A stretch of 64,000 nt of DNA from Minisyncoccota bacterium (GTDB taxonomy: Bacteria > Patescibacteriota > Minisyncoccia > Phycocordibacterales > UBA2100), in the NCBI GenBank assembly GCA_043780835.1, contig JAYWCB010000001.1, forward strand, positions 103,738 to 167,737, read 5' to 3'. The notes beneath the pieces were generated by a model. That model searched no databases, had not been told where the DNA came from, and saw nothing but the letters and a program-made list of their open reading frames with translations. How positions within the stretch are numbered: position 1 is the stretch's first letter; each line of letters starts with the position of its first letter. Of this stretch, positions 29,171 to 38,965 are shown piece by piece. Both the position numbers and the translations under genes were made by a program.

Positions 29171-30442
29171 TTAAGCCATCATGAGCCGGGCGGTATCCTG
29201 TCCGCTTTGCAACGCTCCTTCCACTGTGCCTTGCGCATCATCACCAAACGCTTCGCCGGCGAAATAAAGGCGGCTGTGCACGGGGTCGAGTAACACCTCG
29301 TTTGCCTCCCACTGCTCAGGCGTTGTATAGCTATATGCTCCACGTGCATGCGGATCGGTTCCCCAATCAACGGAGATGTACGTAATCAGCAATGACTTCA
29401 GGTGCGCTCTGTCGATCGTAAAAATATGTGCCAGCGATTGTAATGCAAGAGCCTCTAATTCATCTTCGGTCTTACGGCGTAAATTATCGGCATGCGGACC
29501 CGCAACCCAGCCGGTAAGTACGGGGTATTGCTCCGGGTACTGCGTCCACCAGGTCGGTACAATTTCGTCTGAGAACATGAAAAAGAACTTCTCAAACGCA
29601 TGCTCGCGAACACTCCCCCACCACTTATGATCGAAGCGCATGAGAATTTTAATGACAGAACCCATGCCGATACTGTCGGCTGCCTGCATCTTTTCGGCGA
29701 TTGCAGGTACGAATGTGATCGTCTGAAGAACCCGCAATGGCACTGTTACGAGAACTTTATCTGCATTATACGTAGCGGACGCCGTGCGGACCGTAACACC
29801 ATGCAGCGTCGTTGTGATCTGCAAAACGGGCTCATTGAGACGCAGTTCAAGCCCGACAAGGTCAGAGTGCAGATATCGAATAAGTGCTCCATATCCTTCT
29901 TTCAAATTCCGCTGTTTCCAACGCGCACTTCCCTGCATGTCGTAACGCAACGAAAGTGCGCTCGCGCGATCAATGTCACCCGCATCATAGCCTTCAATCC
30001 AGTGCTGAACATATTGGCGTAGCTCCACGTATTCGTCGCCCGAGAAGTTTGTCTTCAGAAATTGCGCGACAGTCACATCGTTTTCTTCGGTGAGTATCGC
30101 AAGCCTCTCAAGCAACACCGGTTGGTGACTTGAGCTCGGCAGATCAATTGATCCTTCCCCATGTAAGATCCCCGGTTCCTCGTCACGTACATCCCACCAC
30201 TCAGTTGCGTGTGTAAATGAAAAACCGGCTTCAGTAGCGAGCTCGGTTGTGACTGGTGCATCTCCGTGCACAAATTCTGCGCCGCCCATTGCCTCATATC
30301 CAAACTCATCTACCGATAGTGGATATATGCGACCACCGATCCGATCGCGTGCCTCAAGAATAGTTACAGAATGACCCGCGCGAGAAAGTTCCCGCGCCGC
30401 CATCAATCCGCATGCACCCGCGCCCACCACAATTACCTTCAT
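29171..30442 (-). CDS. flavin monoamine oxidase family protein
   Basis: GAGACG...LEARDRIGGR, W..DP.ARGAYS, FAGEA...GTVEGA. Confidence 0.9.
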   Translation of the reverse strand: MKVIVVGAGACGLMAARELSRAGHSVTILEARDRIGGRIYPLSVDEFGYEAMGGAEFVHGDAPVTTELATEAGFSFTHATEWWDVRDEEPGILHGEGSIDLPSSSHQPVLLERLAILTEENDVTVAQFLKTNFSGDEYVELRQYVQHWIEGYDAGDIDRASALSLRYDMQGSARWKQRNLKEGYGALIRYLHSDLVGLELRLNEPVLQITTTLHGVTVRTASATYNADKVLVTVPLRVLQTITFVPAIAEKMQAADSIGMGSVIKILMRFDHKWWGSVREHAFEKFFFMFSDEIVPTWWTQYPEQYPVLTGWVAGPHADNLRRKTEDELEALALQSLAHIFTIDRAHLKSLLITYISVDWGTDPHARGAYSYTTPEQWEANEVLLDPVHSRLYFAGEAFGDDAQGTVEGALQSGQDTARLMMA

Positions 30443-30446
30443 GCCC

Positions 30447-30851
30447 TTACATTCCTTTTGGCTGCAACATTGATGCGCGATTTCCTTCTGAATCAATGAA
30501 TCCGCAGTACAGTCCTATTCCCGGAATGTCGTCCGGCGCGTCCGGTCCACCTTGTCCGCCTAGAATTGTTCCACCTGCTGCTTTTACTTTTTCCATTGCA
30601 TCGTGAATATCGTCTACAGATATTACCACTGATGGCACTTGTTCGGGCTTTGTGCGCTTAAACAGGCCTCCGTTAATGTGTCCCGGTGTCTGAACCATAC
30701 GATTTTCGTCTGTTTCGGTTGTTTGCACCACCACATAGTCCCCCATCTCCGGACCCATAATGTTTGGCTTCCATCCGAACGCTTTTGTATAAAATTCGGC
30801 CGCGCGGTCGGCGTCCTCGTATGGCATTTCAAAGTGAACGACTGGATTCAT
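30447..30851 (-). CDS. VOC/glyoxalase family protein
   Basis: VVHFEMP...FYTKAFGW, INGG, FIDSEGN. Confidence 0.9.
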   Translation of the reverse strand: MNPVVHFEMPYEDADRAAEFYTKAFGWKPNIMGPEMGDYVVVQTTETDENRMVQTPGHINGGLFKRTKPEQVPSVVISVDDIHDAMEKVKAAGGTILGGQGGPDAPDDIPGIGLYCGFIDSEGNRASMLQPKGM

Positions 30852-30932
30852 ACATGAAAGTTTTAACAATTAAGTGCTGGTATTGTAGCACCGCCTCATG
30901 AAGAAACGGTGCGTCTGCGCTATAGTAATGCT

Positions 30933-32153
30933 ATGGAGAATATTGAAACCCAATGTGTCATTGCGGGCGGTGGTCCCGCCGGGATGATGCTTGGATACCT
31001 CCTTGCACGAGCGGGAGTTGAAGTTCACGTGCTGGAGAAATGGCCGGACTTTTTCCGGGATTTTCGTGGCGACACGATTCACCCGTCCACGATGGAGATA
31101 CTGCACGAACTCGGCATTCTCGAAGATTTTTTGAAGCTGCCGCACAATAAGACGCGAAAGATGAACGGCATGGTGAACGGTGAAGTGTTTACGATTGCCG
31201 ATCTCACACGACTCAACGTGCGTGAGCCGTATATCGCTTTTTTGCCGCAATGGGACTTTTTAAATTTTCTCGCAGGTAAAGCAAAACAGTATCCCTCGTT
31301 TCATGTGCATATGGAAACCGATGCGAGGGATCTGATTCAGGAAAACGGACGCGTCATCGGCGTTCGAGCAACACATGCGGGCAGCGAATTCGAGATTCGT
31401 GCCGATTGTGTGATTGGTGCCGACGGCAGACATTCGACTATTCGTGAGAAAGCGAATTTGGTCATGGAAACACTCGCCGAGCCCTTCGATGTGCTTTGGT
31501 TTAAGCTCGCGGCTACGACGACGGATCCTGAGCAATCTCTCGGAGTGCTCAAAGATCACAAAGTCATGGTGATGCTCGATCGGGGCGATTACTGGCAATG
31601 CGGATTTCTCATCGAGAAAGGCAAGCTCGACACAATGAAAGAGCGTGGCATCGAAGCGTTTCGAGCCGATATCGTGAGCCTTGCCCCGGCAATGGCACAG
31701 TCGGTCCTCGCGCTTACCTCATGGGATCAGATCAAGCTTTTGAGCGTCACATTGGATCATGCGACTCAGTGGTATAAGGACGGGGTGCTGTGCATCGGCG
31801 ACTGCGCACATGCAATGTCACCCCTCGGTGGCGTGGGCATAAACGTGGCGATCCACGATGCCGTCGCGGCTGGCAATGTGCTTATTCCCGCATTTCGTCG
31901 AGGGGCTCCCACGCTACGTGATCTTTCTCTCGTACAGGCACAGCGCGAACGGGCCGTTCGGAAAATGCAGCTCGTACAGCGCATTATGCAAAATCATTTC
32001 TTACTACCGTTTCTCAGATCGCACGGCACATCCGGCGTGCCGTTTCCTTTTCGTCTCCTCAAGTGGTTTCCGTTTTTGAGCGTAATCCCTGCTCGATTTA
32101 TTGGCATCGGCTTTGAACCGCAGCATATATCAAAAGAGTTGTTCAAAATATAG
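30933..32153 (+). CDS. FAD-dependent monooxygenase/oxidoreductase
   Basis: GGGPAG, DFFRDFRGDT.HP, GADGRHS, GDCAHAMSP.GG.GIN. Confidence 0.9.
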   Translation: MENIETQCVIAGGGPAGMMLGYLLARAGVEVHVLEKWPDFFRDFRGDTIHPSTMEILHELGILEDFLKLPHNKTRKMNGMVNGEVFTIADLTRLNVREPYIAFLPQWDFLNFLAGKAKQYPSFHVHMETDARDLIQENGRVIGVRATHAGSEFEIRADCVIGADGRHSTIREKANLVMETLAEPFDVLWFKLAATTTDPEQSLGVLKDHKVMVMLDRGDYWQCGFLIEKGKLDTMKERGIEAFRADIVSLAPAMAQSVLALTSWDQIKLLSVTLDHATQWYKDGVLCIGDCAHAMSPLGGVGINVAIHDAVAAGNVLIPAFRRGAPTLRDLSLVQAQRERAVRKMQLVQRIMQNHFLLPFLRSHGTSGVPFPFRLLKWFPFLSVIPARFIGIGFEPQHISKELFKI

Positions 32154-32238
32154 GTACTGAGCGCAGCATCTGGAACAAAGAGACATTGCGCACACGAACT
32201 TCACGATACTTTTATCCTGAACGGCTCAGTATGGATCG

Positions 32239-33051
32239 ATGGCAGACTGGTCAAAGATTACGAGCCGCGGAAATGTTGAGGACCGGCGCGGATTTTCTCC
32301 TGTATCGATTGGTGGCGGCTTGGGCGTAACGGGTTTAGTGATCGCGCTCTTGCTGAATTATTTGAATACCGGTAGCGTGAACGTAAACGACATGTTGTCA
32401 CAACTACAGAACGTGCAGGTGGCATCGGAACAAACACGCAATGCAAAAGCATTTGATGGCGCGGACTCATACGAGGTGTTTGCTTCTACCGTCCTCGGCT
32501 CAACAAATGACATGTGGACGAAAGTATTCGCCTCACAGAATCTCACCTATACTCCGCCAAAATTGGCTCTCTTTCGAAGCGCTACCCAATCAGCCTGCGG
32601 CGGAGCTGATGCACGTGTCGGACCGCATTACTGCCCGCTTGATCAGACTATTTACCTTGACGAAACGTTTTTCGATGAACTCAAAAAACTCGGCGGGTCC
32701 GGCGACGTTGCACAAGCGTATGTTATTGCGCACGAAGTAGGACATCACGCGCAAAATCAACTCGGGTTGTTTGATGCTGAAAAGACGGCAGCGGACTCCA
32801 TTGCAATCGAACTGCAGGCGGATTGTTTTGCGGGACTGTGGGCATATTCAGTGCGAGACCTCGGTGTATTTGCACCGGGGGAAATTAATGAAGCGCTCGG
32901 TGCAGCCGCAGCTGTGGGCGACGATCGAGTGCAGTCAACATACACCGGCAGAATTACACCTGAGACCTGGACACACGGTTCGTCAAAACAGCGAGTGGAT
33001 TCGTTTAACGCTGGCTATCAATCCGGCAGCATCGGTGCTTGCATAAAGTAA
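32239..33051 (+). CDS. YpfJ-like neutral zinc metallopeptidase
   Basis: NVEDRRG, GPHYCPLD, AHEVGHHAQ, ELQADCFAG, THGSS.QR. Confidence 0.9.
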   Translation: MADWSKITSRGNVEDRRGFSPVSIGGGLGVTGLVIALLLNYLNTGSVNVNDMLSQLQNVQVASEQTRNAKAFDGADSYEVFASTVLGSTNDMWTKVFASQNLTYTPPKLALFRSATQSACGGADARVGPHYCPLDQTIYLDETFFDELKKLGGSGDVAQAYVIAHEVGHHAQNQLGLFDAEKTAADSIAIELQADCFAGLWAYSVRDLGVFAPGEINEALGAAAAVGDDRVQSTYTGRITPETWTHGSSKQRVDSFNAGYQSGSIGACIK

Positions 33052-33187
33052 GATGCCGCTCGTAATCGGTACTCAGCTTTCGCATTCATGATGAAATGCC
33101 ACATCTGAAATAATCGAGAGTTTAACCGTGTATTACATACGGAGCATAAGGACGCTTGTGCCCGAATTACAAAGTTAAAAAAATCAT

Positions 33188-33286
33188 ATGACTAAAGCAC
33201 AAAAGATCTTCGCCGTGCCGTCGATCGGAGCACTTCTTCTGGCGGGAGCGGTCGCAGGATCTGCGGGCTTAGCATTCGCCAACTGA
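33188..33286 (+). pseudogene. signal-peptide-only ORF (32 aa), probable truncated secreted protein
   Basis: MTKAQKIFAVPSIGALLLAGAVAGSAGLAFAN*; stop follows one residue after the AFA cleavage motif; not in the ORF track. Confidence 0.45.
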
Positions 33287-33352
33287 CCACGAAACATCTC
33301 TGACAGACCGACGCACGTCAGAGTTCGATGAATCCGCCGATTCAGTCTCTAT

Positions 33353-33802
33353 TTATTTTTGATCGTTTAAGTCTCCAAATTCTCCGACACCATCCAGCTT
33401 CCCTATTTTGTGCATCATCACAGCGCGAACATTCTTGGCACTAAAGTAAAGCGCAACGAGCAGCAGCAAAGACAGGAGCTCGAATGCCATGAACACAAAA
33501 AGTGCATGGCTCAAGTACGCAGCAATGGCATACGCCTCACCCATTAAAATTCCGAGAACCGCAGCAATGGTATCGAGAATCATGATCATTTTGCTATGCG
33601 GATTTGTAAAACCGGCAAGGACGACGAGCGCAAGTACAATTGGCATCCCGAGAAGGCCCGCCTCGATGCTGCCGCCAAACGGAATCATGAGACCAAGTAT
33701 TACGGCACAGGCTACAAAGATAGCGCGCACCACATCTCCGTAGTAGTGCGCAACTAATGGCCATGCCGGTAGTTGACTTTCGAGCGGGGGTTGTGCACTC
33801 AT
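33353..33802 (-). CDS. 4-TM hypothetical membrane protein
   Basis: HYYGD.VR..F start, four hydrophobic helices. Confidence 0.75.
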   Translation of the reverse strand: MSAQPPLESQLPAWPLVAHYYGDVVRAIFVACAVILGLMIPFGGSIEAGLLGMPIVLALVVLAGFTNPHSKMIMILDTIAAVLGILMGEAYAIAAYLSHALFVFMAFELLSLLLLVALYFSAKNVRAVMMHKIGKLDGVGEFGDLNDQK

Positions 33803-33864
33803 TTGTAAAGTATATACCTGTCTCAAGTCCCCGCTATCTCAGCCACACAGTGTATACTCGGCTG

Positions 33865-34332
33865 ATGACAGACGACTCAAACAGTCGAGACGAAGCCCTC
33901 ACTTTTTTGAAAGCACATTCTGCGGGTGTCGTCGCCACCGTATCTAAGGACTATGCTCCGCATGCGTCGGTGATTTTCTACGTAACAGACGAGGCATTCA
34001 ATATTTATTTTCTGACGAAACGGAGCAGTCGAAAGTTTAAAGCAATCAGTGCCCATCCGCAGGTGGCATTTACCATCGGACCGCAGGATGTGCCACAAAC
34101 GCTGCAAATTGAGGGTACGGGTTCAGAACTAACAAGCACAGAAGACCGGGATAAGCATATACCCGACCTCATGAATATTCTGGCGGCGCAACGTCCGGGA
34201 TTTGTTCCGGCCGGTAAAATGGACGGCGAACTCACCGTTATGTGGATTCAACCGAAATGGATTCGTTGGGCTGATTTTTCTAAGCCGGTAATCGGCAACG
34301 ACAATTTGTTTGTTGATATTCCGCTGAGCTAA
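33865..34332 (+). CDS. pyridoxamine 5'-phosphate oxidase-like flavin-binding protein
   Basis: GVVATVS...PHAS, YFLT..SSRK.K.I...PQVA. Confidence 0.85.
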   Translation: MTDDSNSRDEALTFLKAHSAGVVATVSKDYAPHASVIFYVTDEAFNIYFLTKRSSRKFKAISAHPQVAFTIGPQDVPQTLQIEGTGSELTSTEDRDKHIPDLMNILAAQRPGFVPAGKMDGELTVMWIQPKWIRWADFSKPVIGNDNLFVDIPLS

Positions 34333-34363
34333 TCAAAACCCCTCAAGACGAGGGGTTTTGATT
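34331..34363. terminator. bidirectional terminator between convergent genes
   Basis: AATCAAAACCCCTC-AAGAC-GAGGGGTTTTGATT. Confidence 0.85.
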
Positions 34364-34379
34364 CGCTTAAAGCGAGTAT

Positions 34380-35171
34380 TTACTTACCTGTCTTAAACGA
34401 CAAGATTGTTCCATTCACCGTTCCGTACTCATTCTGCGCATTGATGCGAAAATAATAGGTGGTGTTGGCATTTAATTTTGGTGAAGCAGTGGCCACAATT
34501 GAAGCATCACCGTTTCCGATTGAAACAAATGCTGTTGTATGCCCGAGGTTAGCGCTTCTTCCGTACTCGAACCAATACTGAGTCATGCCTTTGTTCGGGT
34601 TCACTTCCCCGCGGAGCGTGGCACCGGAATTCGTTATGGCGTCTGCCGGAAACGTCTTCGATGTAGGGACGGTACCGGACGCCGGGCTGCTTGCGCCGGA
34701 CGTTCGTACGGTTTTGAGAATCCCGTTGCTGCGCCCGTATTGGTTTTCTGCGACCAATCGGTAGTAATACGTCGTGTTTTTTGTCAATTCGGTAATGTAG
34801 CCGGGCGCAAGCGTTGCAACACGACCAGATCCGACGCTTTGTTTTTCCGATTGCTTACCGAGCGAGGTACCGAGGCCATATTCATACCAATACGCCGTGA
34901 TCGCACCGTTTGGATTTACCGTACCCGTAACGACTGCCGTTGTGTCGGTCGGCGCAACAGTTTCGTTTGTCGTTGCGACGGGTGCCGTCCCCACAACATC
35001 TTCGCTGTCAGGCACGCTCACTTGATCAGCGACAGCGGTGTTTTCGGCAGATGTAGTGGTCCCATTCGGAATACTCGTTACTATATTCGGGTTGCGCGAG
35101 GCAAGCATGAATACTATTAACGCCAGTAGAATAATTATAATACCTCCGATAACGGACGTGGTTTTTGACAT
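34380..35171 (-). CDS. membrane-anchored protein with two FN3-like repeats
   Basis: Two G.VNPN...T.YW.EYG...NTTYY.R..A.N.YG repeats. Confidence 0.8.
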   Translation of the reverse strand: MSKTTSVIGGIIIILLALIVFMLASRNPNIVTSIPNGTTTSAENTAVADQVSVPDSEDVVGTAPVATTNETVAPTDTTAVVTGTVNPNGAITAYWYEYGLGTSLGKQSEKQSVGSGRVATLAPGYITELTKNTTYYYRLVAENQYGRSNGILKTVRTSGASSPASGTVPTSKTFPADAITNSGATLRGEVNPNKGMTQYWFEYGRSANLGHTTAFVSIGNGDASIVATASPKLNANTTYYFRINAQNEYGTVNGTILSFKTGK

Positions 35172-35224
35172 ACAAGAAACACTACTAACTAAGACGTGAA
35201 GGGTTCATGAATATTTGATTTTTT

Positions 35225-36418
35225 CTACAGCTCTTCTTCTACATGCTCTTCCACGCGACTTTTGCCAAATGGCAACGTAAATGAAAATGTAGACCCTTCT
35301 CCAGGCTTGCTTTTTATGTCCATGGTTCCACCATGGTCTTTGATGATCTCGCTGGCGATATGCAGCCCAAGACCGAGGCCTTCGATATGATCGCTTCCCT
35401 CTTCGCGAACGCGAAAAAATCGATTGCGAACATTTTCTATTTGATTTTTCGGAATACCTATACCAAAGTCCTGCACACTGACCGTGACCGTATCCGTGCT
35501 TTCCGCGACAGAAACGATAATTTTATCAGCTCCAGGCGAATACTTTGCGGCGTTTGTAATAAGATTCGTTACTACCTGCTCGATACGAGGTTTATCTGCA
35601 AATACTGCTCTCGAGACCTCTCCTTCACAGAGAATGACATGTGATTTATTGAAACTGCGGACCATTTTTATCACTGCGGTAATCATGGAACTGAGATCGA
35701 ATTCTGATTTACGAAGTTCCAATTTGCCTGTTTGTACGCGATAGAGATCAGTAAATGAATCGATTAATTCCGTTAGGCGATCGATTTGCTGCTCGAGCAT
35801 AGTAAGTGATGAGACATTCTCCTCGTGGTTTTCGTTGCGTGCGTCAATTAAAAGCGCTTGGGTAAGTGCCTTGATGCTTCCGAGTGGCGTACGTAGTTCG
35901 TGCGATGCGACGCCAATAAAGTCGTCTTTCAGTTGCTCAGTTGCTTTTCGAAGCGTTATGTCCTGTATCGCGAGTAATATGAGCCCTGTTTTATATTTCT
36001 CCAATATGATTCGGCGCGCATTCAAAAGCATCGTCTTTTCGCCCACGTCCTCGAAGGTGTGTGTAATTTCAAAATCATGGAATTGCGAATCACGGGGCAA
36101 AATATCGAGTAAGAGCTCTTTCAGTTTGGGGATATCCCATTGCCCATTACCGATGTCGAAAATCTTCTTCTCATATGTTTCCTCCTTGGTCACCCGAAAC
36201 GTATCGAAAAACGCCTTGTTTGCCGTTCGGATGGCAAGATCCTCCCCTAAAATAATAAGCGGCTCTCGCACGGTTTCCACAATGGCGTCTGCATATGCAT
36301 ATATCACTACGAGATCCTCAACGCTCAGATTTGAAATATCTTTCATCAATTCTATCGCTGACGGTGCGGCAAAAATTGCTGCCGGTAGCGGTTCCTTTTC
36401 TTCATTGGAGTCGGTCAT
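35225..36418 (-). CDS. cytoplasmic PAS sensor histidine kinase
   Basis: IVETVREPL...AN.AF..TF...GQWDIP PAS, SHELRTPL, NAAKYS, GLGLGL. Confidence 0.9.
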   Translation of the reverse strand: MTDSNEEKEPLPAAIFAAPSAIELMKDISNLSVEDLVVIYAYADAIVETVREPLIILGEDLAIRTANKAFFDTFRVTKEETYEKKIFDIGNGQWDIPKLKELLLDILPRDSQFHDFEITHTFEDVGEKTMLLNARRIILEKYKTGLILLAIQDITLRKATEQLKDDFIGVASHELRTPLGSIKALTQALLIDARNENHEENVSSLTMLEQQIDRLTELIDSFTDLYRVQTGKLELRKSEFDLSSMITAVIKMVRSFNKSHVILCEGEVSRAVFADKPRIEQVVTNLITNAAKYSPGADKIIVSVAESTDTVTVSVQDFGIGIPKNQIENVRNRFFRVREEGSDHIEGLGLGLHIASEIIKDHGGTMDIKSKPGEGSTFSFTLPFGKSRVEEHVEEEL

Positions 36419-36495
36419 ATTCGCTCACTGTAACACTTGCGCCTCTAACCTACGACAAAATCGCCGGCGATTTGCCGGCGACTTTGTCTTCATCA

Positions 36496-36711
36496 TTACT
36501 GCGTAGAATTTCCACCGGTATTCCCGACCGGATTCGGAACTGTCACATTTATGTTGTTTGTGGTCGGAGCTGCACGTCCGAACGCGCCATGACGGTAGGC
36601 ATAAATACCTCCGCCGATCACTACGATAAGAATAAGCACTGCAACCATCCAACCGGCAGAACTGTCGTTATTGCTCGGAGTTGGAGTGTTGGTGATAATA
36701 GTATCTGCCAT
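36496..36711 (-). CDS. small single-TM protein
   Basis: 71 aa, GWMVAVLILIVVIGGG TM, NINVTVP tail. Confidence 0.7.
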   Translation of the reverse strand: MADTIITNTPTPSNNDSSAGWMVAVLILIVVIGGGIYAYRHGAFGRAAPTTNNINVTVPNPVGNTGGNSTQ

Positions 36712-36808
36712 AACAATTGAATTAAGAACACGTTAAACCACTGCTAATACGCAAGCGTAGTAAATAAAAGATGGATATATCATGAAGACGGCCTACAGAC
36801 GCGTATAC

Positions 36809-36849
36809 ATATACACAAACGCTGCACAATGTGCAGCGTTTGTGTATAT
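36809..36849. terminator. long perfect palindrome, probable terminator
   Basis: ATATACACAAACGCTGCACA-A-TGTGCAGCGTTTGTGTATAT just after the stop at 36864. Confidence 0.6.
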
Positions 36850-36863
36850 ACCTAGACTGATCG

Positions 36864-37400
36864 TTATTTCAGTTGGTATGAATTGATGTCCATGGCGCCT
36901 GCTTCTCGAAGCACGCTCGCGATATCAATCGCATCATCAGCATGCACTGCGACAAGCACATTTCCTGCGACTATTTTCTCTTCATACACTTTAGCGGCGG
37001 ATTCCTCTATTCCAAGATTCACAAGGGCTCCCACAATACCCCCTGCAGCGGCTCCCGTAAGTGCACCCGCCGCAGTCGTAGCGGCCGCACCAGCACCCAT
37101 ACCAAGTGCGGCAAGAAGAGGTCCTGCTGCAAAGATAGGGCCAATGACCGGAATAAGACCAGCCACCGTCGCCAAACCAAGACCGGCACCTACAACTCCC
37201 CCGATGGTTGCACCCGTGACCGCGCCATGAGCTGGAGCGGCTGCATTACTGTTTGCGTCCCCTGATTTCATTGCCCCGTGCGCATCTTTGTAAATATAGG
37301 AAATTTGCTCAGTAGGAATCGATAAATCGTTGTGAATTCGACTGACCGCATCATCCGCGAGCTCCGGAGTGGCAAAGATTCCGAGTGTATAGTTTTTCAT
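36864..37400 (-). CDS. general stress protein-like glycine-zipper membrane protein
   Basis: GA.TGA.IGG..G...IP.IGP..AAGPL...GG.VGAL..LGI....A..Y. Confidence 0.8.
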   Translation of the reverse strand: MKNYTLGIFATPELADDAVSRIHNDLSIPTEQISYIYKDAHGAMKSGDANSNAAAPAHGAVTGATIGGVVGAGLGLATVAGLIPVIGPIFAAGPLLAALGMGAGAAATTAAGALTGAAAGGIVGALVNLGIEESAAKVYEEKIVAGNVLVAVHADDAIDIASVLREAGAMDINSYQLK

Positions 37401-37524
37401 ATATTGGTTATTTTTTTGAATGAGAGATTAATGTTTGTGTAGCAATGTAAATCGACCCTACTGTGGTCATCCTAAAGAAAATATATGAAGCACGGATTAA
37501 GCACATCTTTATATGCGTACTATA

Positions 37525-38898
37525 TTAGTATTGCTGTACAAATTTCAGCGCGAAAAGTTCGCGCCACCTCTCCCATAGTCCTCGGTCTTTCCACTCAGAC
37601 GGCGAAATTTCTGTCGAGCGTGCACTATCGTCTAAAAACGTCTTTTCTAACGTTGCTCCAAAGTTGGTATCCCAGATGCCGAGAATAAATTCCTGATTGA
37701 TATTCCGGCTTCGGAAATCCATATTTGCCGATCCAATAACAGACCACGCTCCGTCGATAACAAGACCTTTGGCGTGTATGAATGTGTCGTTATATTCGTA
37801 GATTTTCACACCGGCATCGAGCAGATCCGCATAGGAATAGCGACTCGCAAACCGTACAGACTTGATGTCTGTGTGATCTCCGGGGACAAGAATTCGCACA
37901 TCTACCCCCTCACGCGCCTTCTCGATCAGCGCTTTGCGCAACGACTCATCCGGAAGAAAATAAGGGGTTGTCAGGTAGATATGCTGATGGCCGGCATAGA
38001 TCGACTGAAGGATTGTGCGCTGCAGCGTGAGCGAATCTGGTGACGGTGTGCTCAAGAGCGATATATAAAAATCGGCTGATGAATGTGTTGAATTTTTTTG
38101 AGAAAAGAAGGGACTGCCTACAAGCGCCTCGCCGGTCATGCTCGTCCACGATTGGTTGAATGCGGCCTGCACGTCATTTACCATTGAGCCGTGAACACGG
38201 TACATGGTATCGCGGTATTCGTCAGAGTTTCGCGCATCACCGAGCCAGAGATCATTGATTGCCATGCCTCCTATGTACGCCACGGAATCATCAATCGCGA
38301 TTGCACGCCGGTGGTTTCTCACCCGATTTCTCAATAACTCCCACGGCGTGATCGTCAGCGATTGAAAAACCGCGTATTTTCCTCCCGTCTTTTCGAGTTC
38401 ATCTAAACGTTTCTGAGGTCGGCCCGTTGAGCTTCCGAATCCGTCGATAAGAATCCGCACCTGCACACCCATTTCCTGTTTCTTGAGCAAATGGTCGAAA
38501 ACCTGATCACTCATGCGTCCGTCGGCCCAAATGTAGTCCATGATGGTAATCGATGTGTGCGCCTGATCGATATCGGCGAGGAGTGATTTCAGAAAATTAT
38601 CGCCGTTGTTGATCAATTGCGGTGTTTGTCCTTGCTGGACAGGCAGATTCAAAGACTCCCCCATCACGCGAACAAATTCCGTCGACGTCGCAGCAGGCAT
38701 TGTTCCCGTGAACGTAAAAGATGTTCGTCCCTTTCCCGTCGGGAAGAATAAAATCACAAAAACAGAAATAATCGATATGAGACCAATTATAAAAAAGGCG
38801 ATCTCCCACCAGGCATAGTCCATAAGATTTTTTCTTATTATTTCAATGAATTCCCCAATGCGCGCGCTAATATTTTTTACGAGTTTTTTCGCAGTCAT
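37525..38898 (-). CDS. cls: cardiolipin synthase / phospholipase D family
   Basis: Two PLD motifs, RNHRRAIAID (variant) and HAKGLVID...GSANMD.RS; likely start MTAKKL. Confidence 0.85.
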   Translation of the reverse strand: MTAKKLVKNISARIGEFIEIIRKNLMDYAWWEIAFFIIGLISIISVFVILFFPTGKGRTSFTFTGTMPAATSTEFVRVMGESLNLPVQQGQTPQLINNGDNFLKSLLADIDQAHTSITIMDYIWADGRMSDQVFDHLLKKQEMGVQVRILIDGFGSSTGRPQKRLDELEKTGGKYAVFQSLTITPWELLRNRVRNHRRAIAIDDSVAYIGGMAINDLWLGDARNSDEYRDTMYRVHGSMVNDVQAAFNQSWTSMTGEALVGSPFFSQKNSTHSSADFYISLLSTPSPDSLTLQRTILQSIYAGHQHIYLTTPYFLPDESLRKALIEKAREGVDVRILVPGDHTDIKSVRFASRYSYADLLDAGVKIYEYNDTFIHAKGLVIDGAWSVIGSANMDFRSRNINQEFILGIWDTNFGATLEKTFLDDSARSTEISPSEWKDRGLWERWRELFALKFVQQY

Positions 38899-38965
38899 AC
38901 TCCGGCAGTGACCACAAATAGTGCCTTGTTCGGAGCGAAAATGCAATAATGGTATTGTTGCGCAC

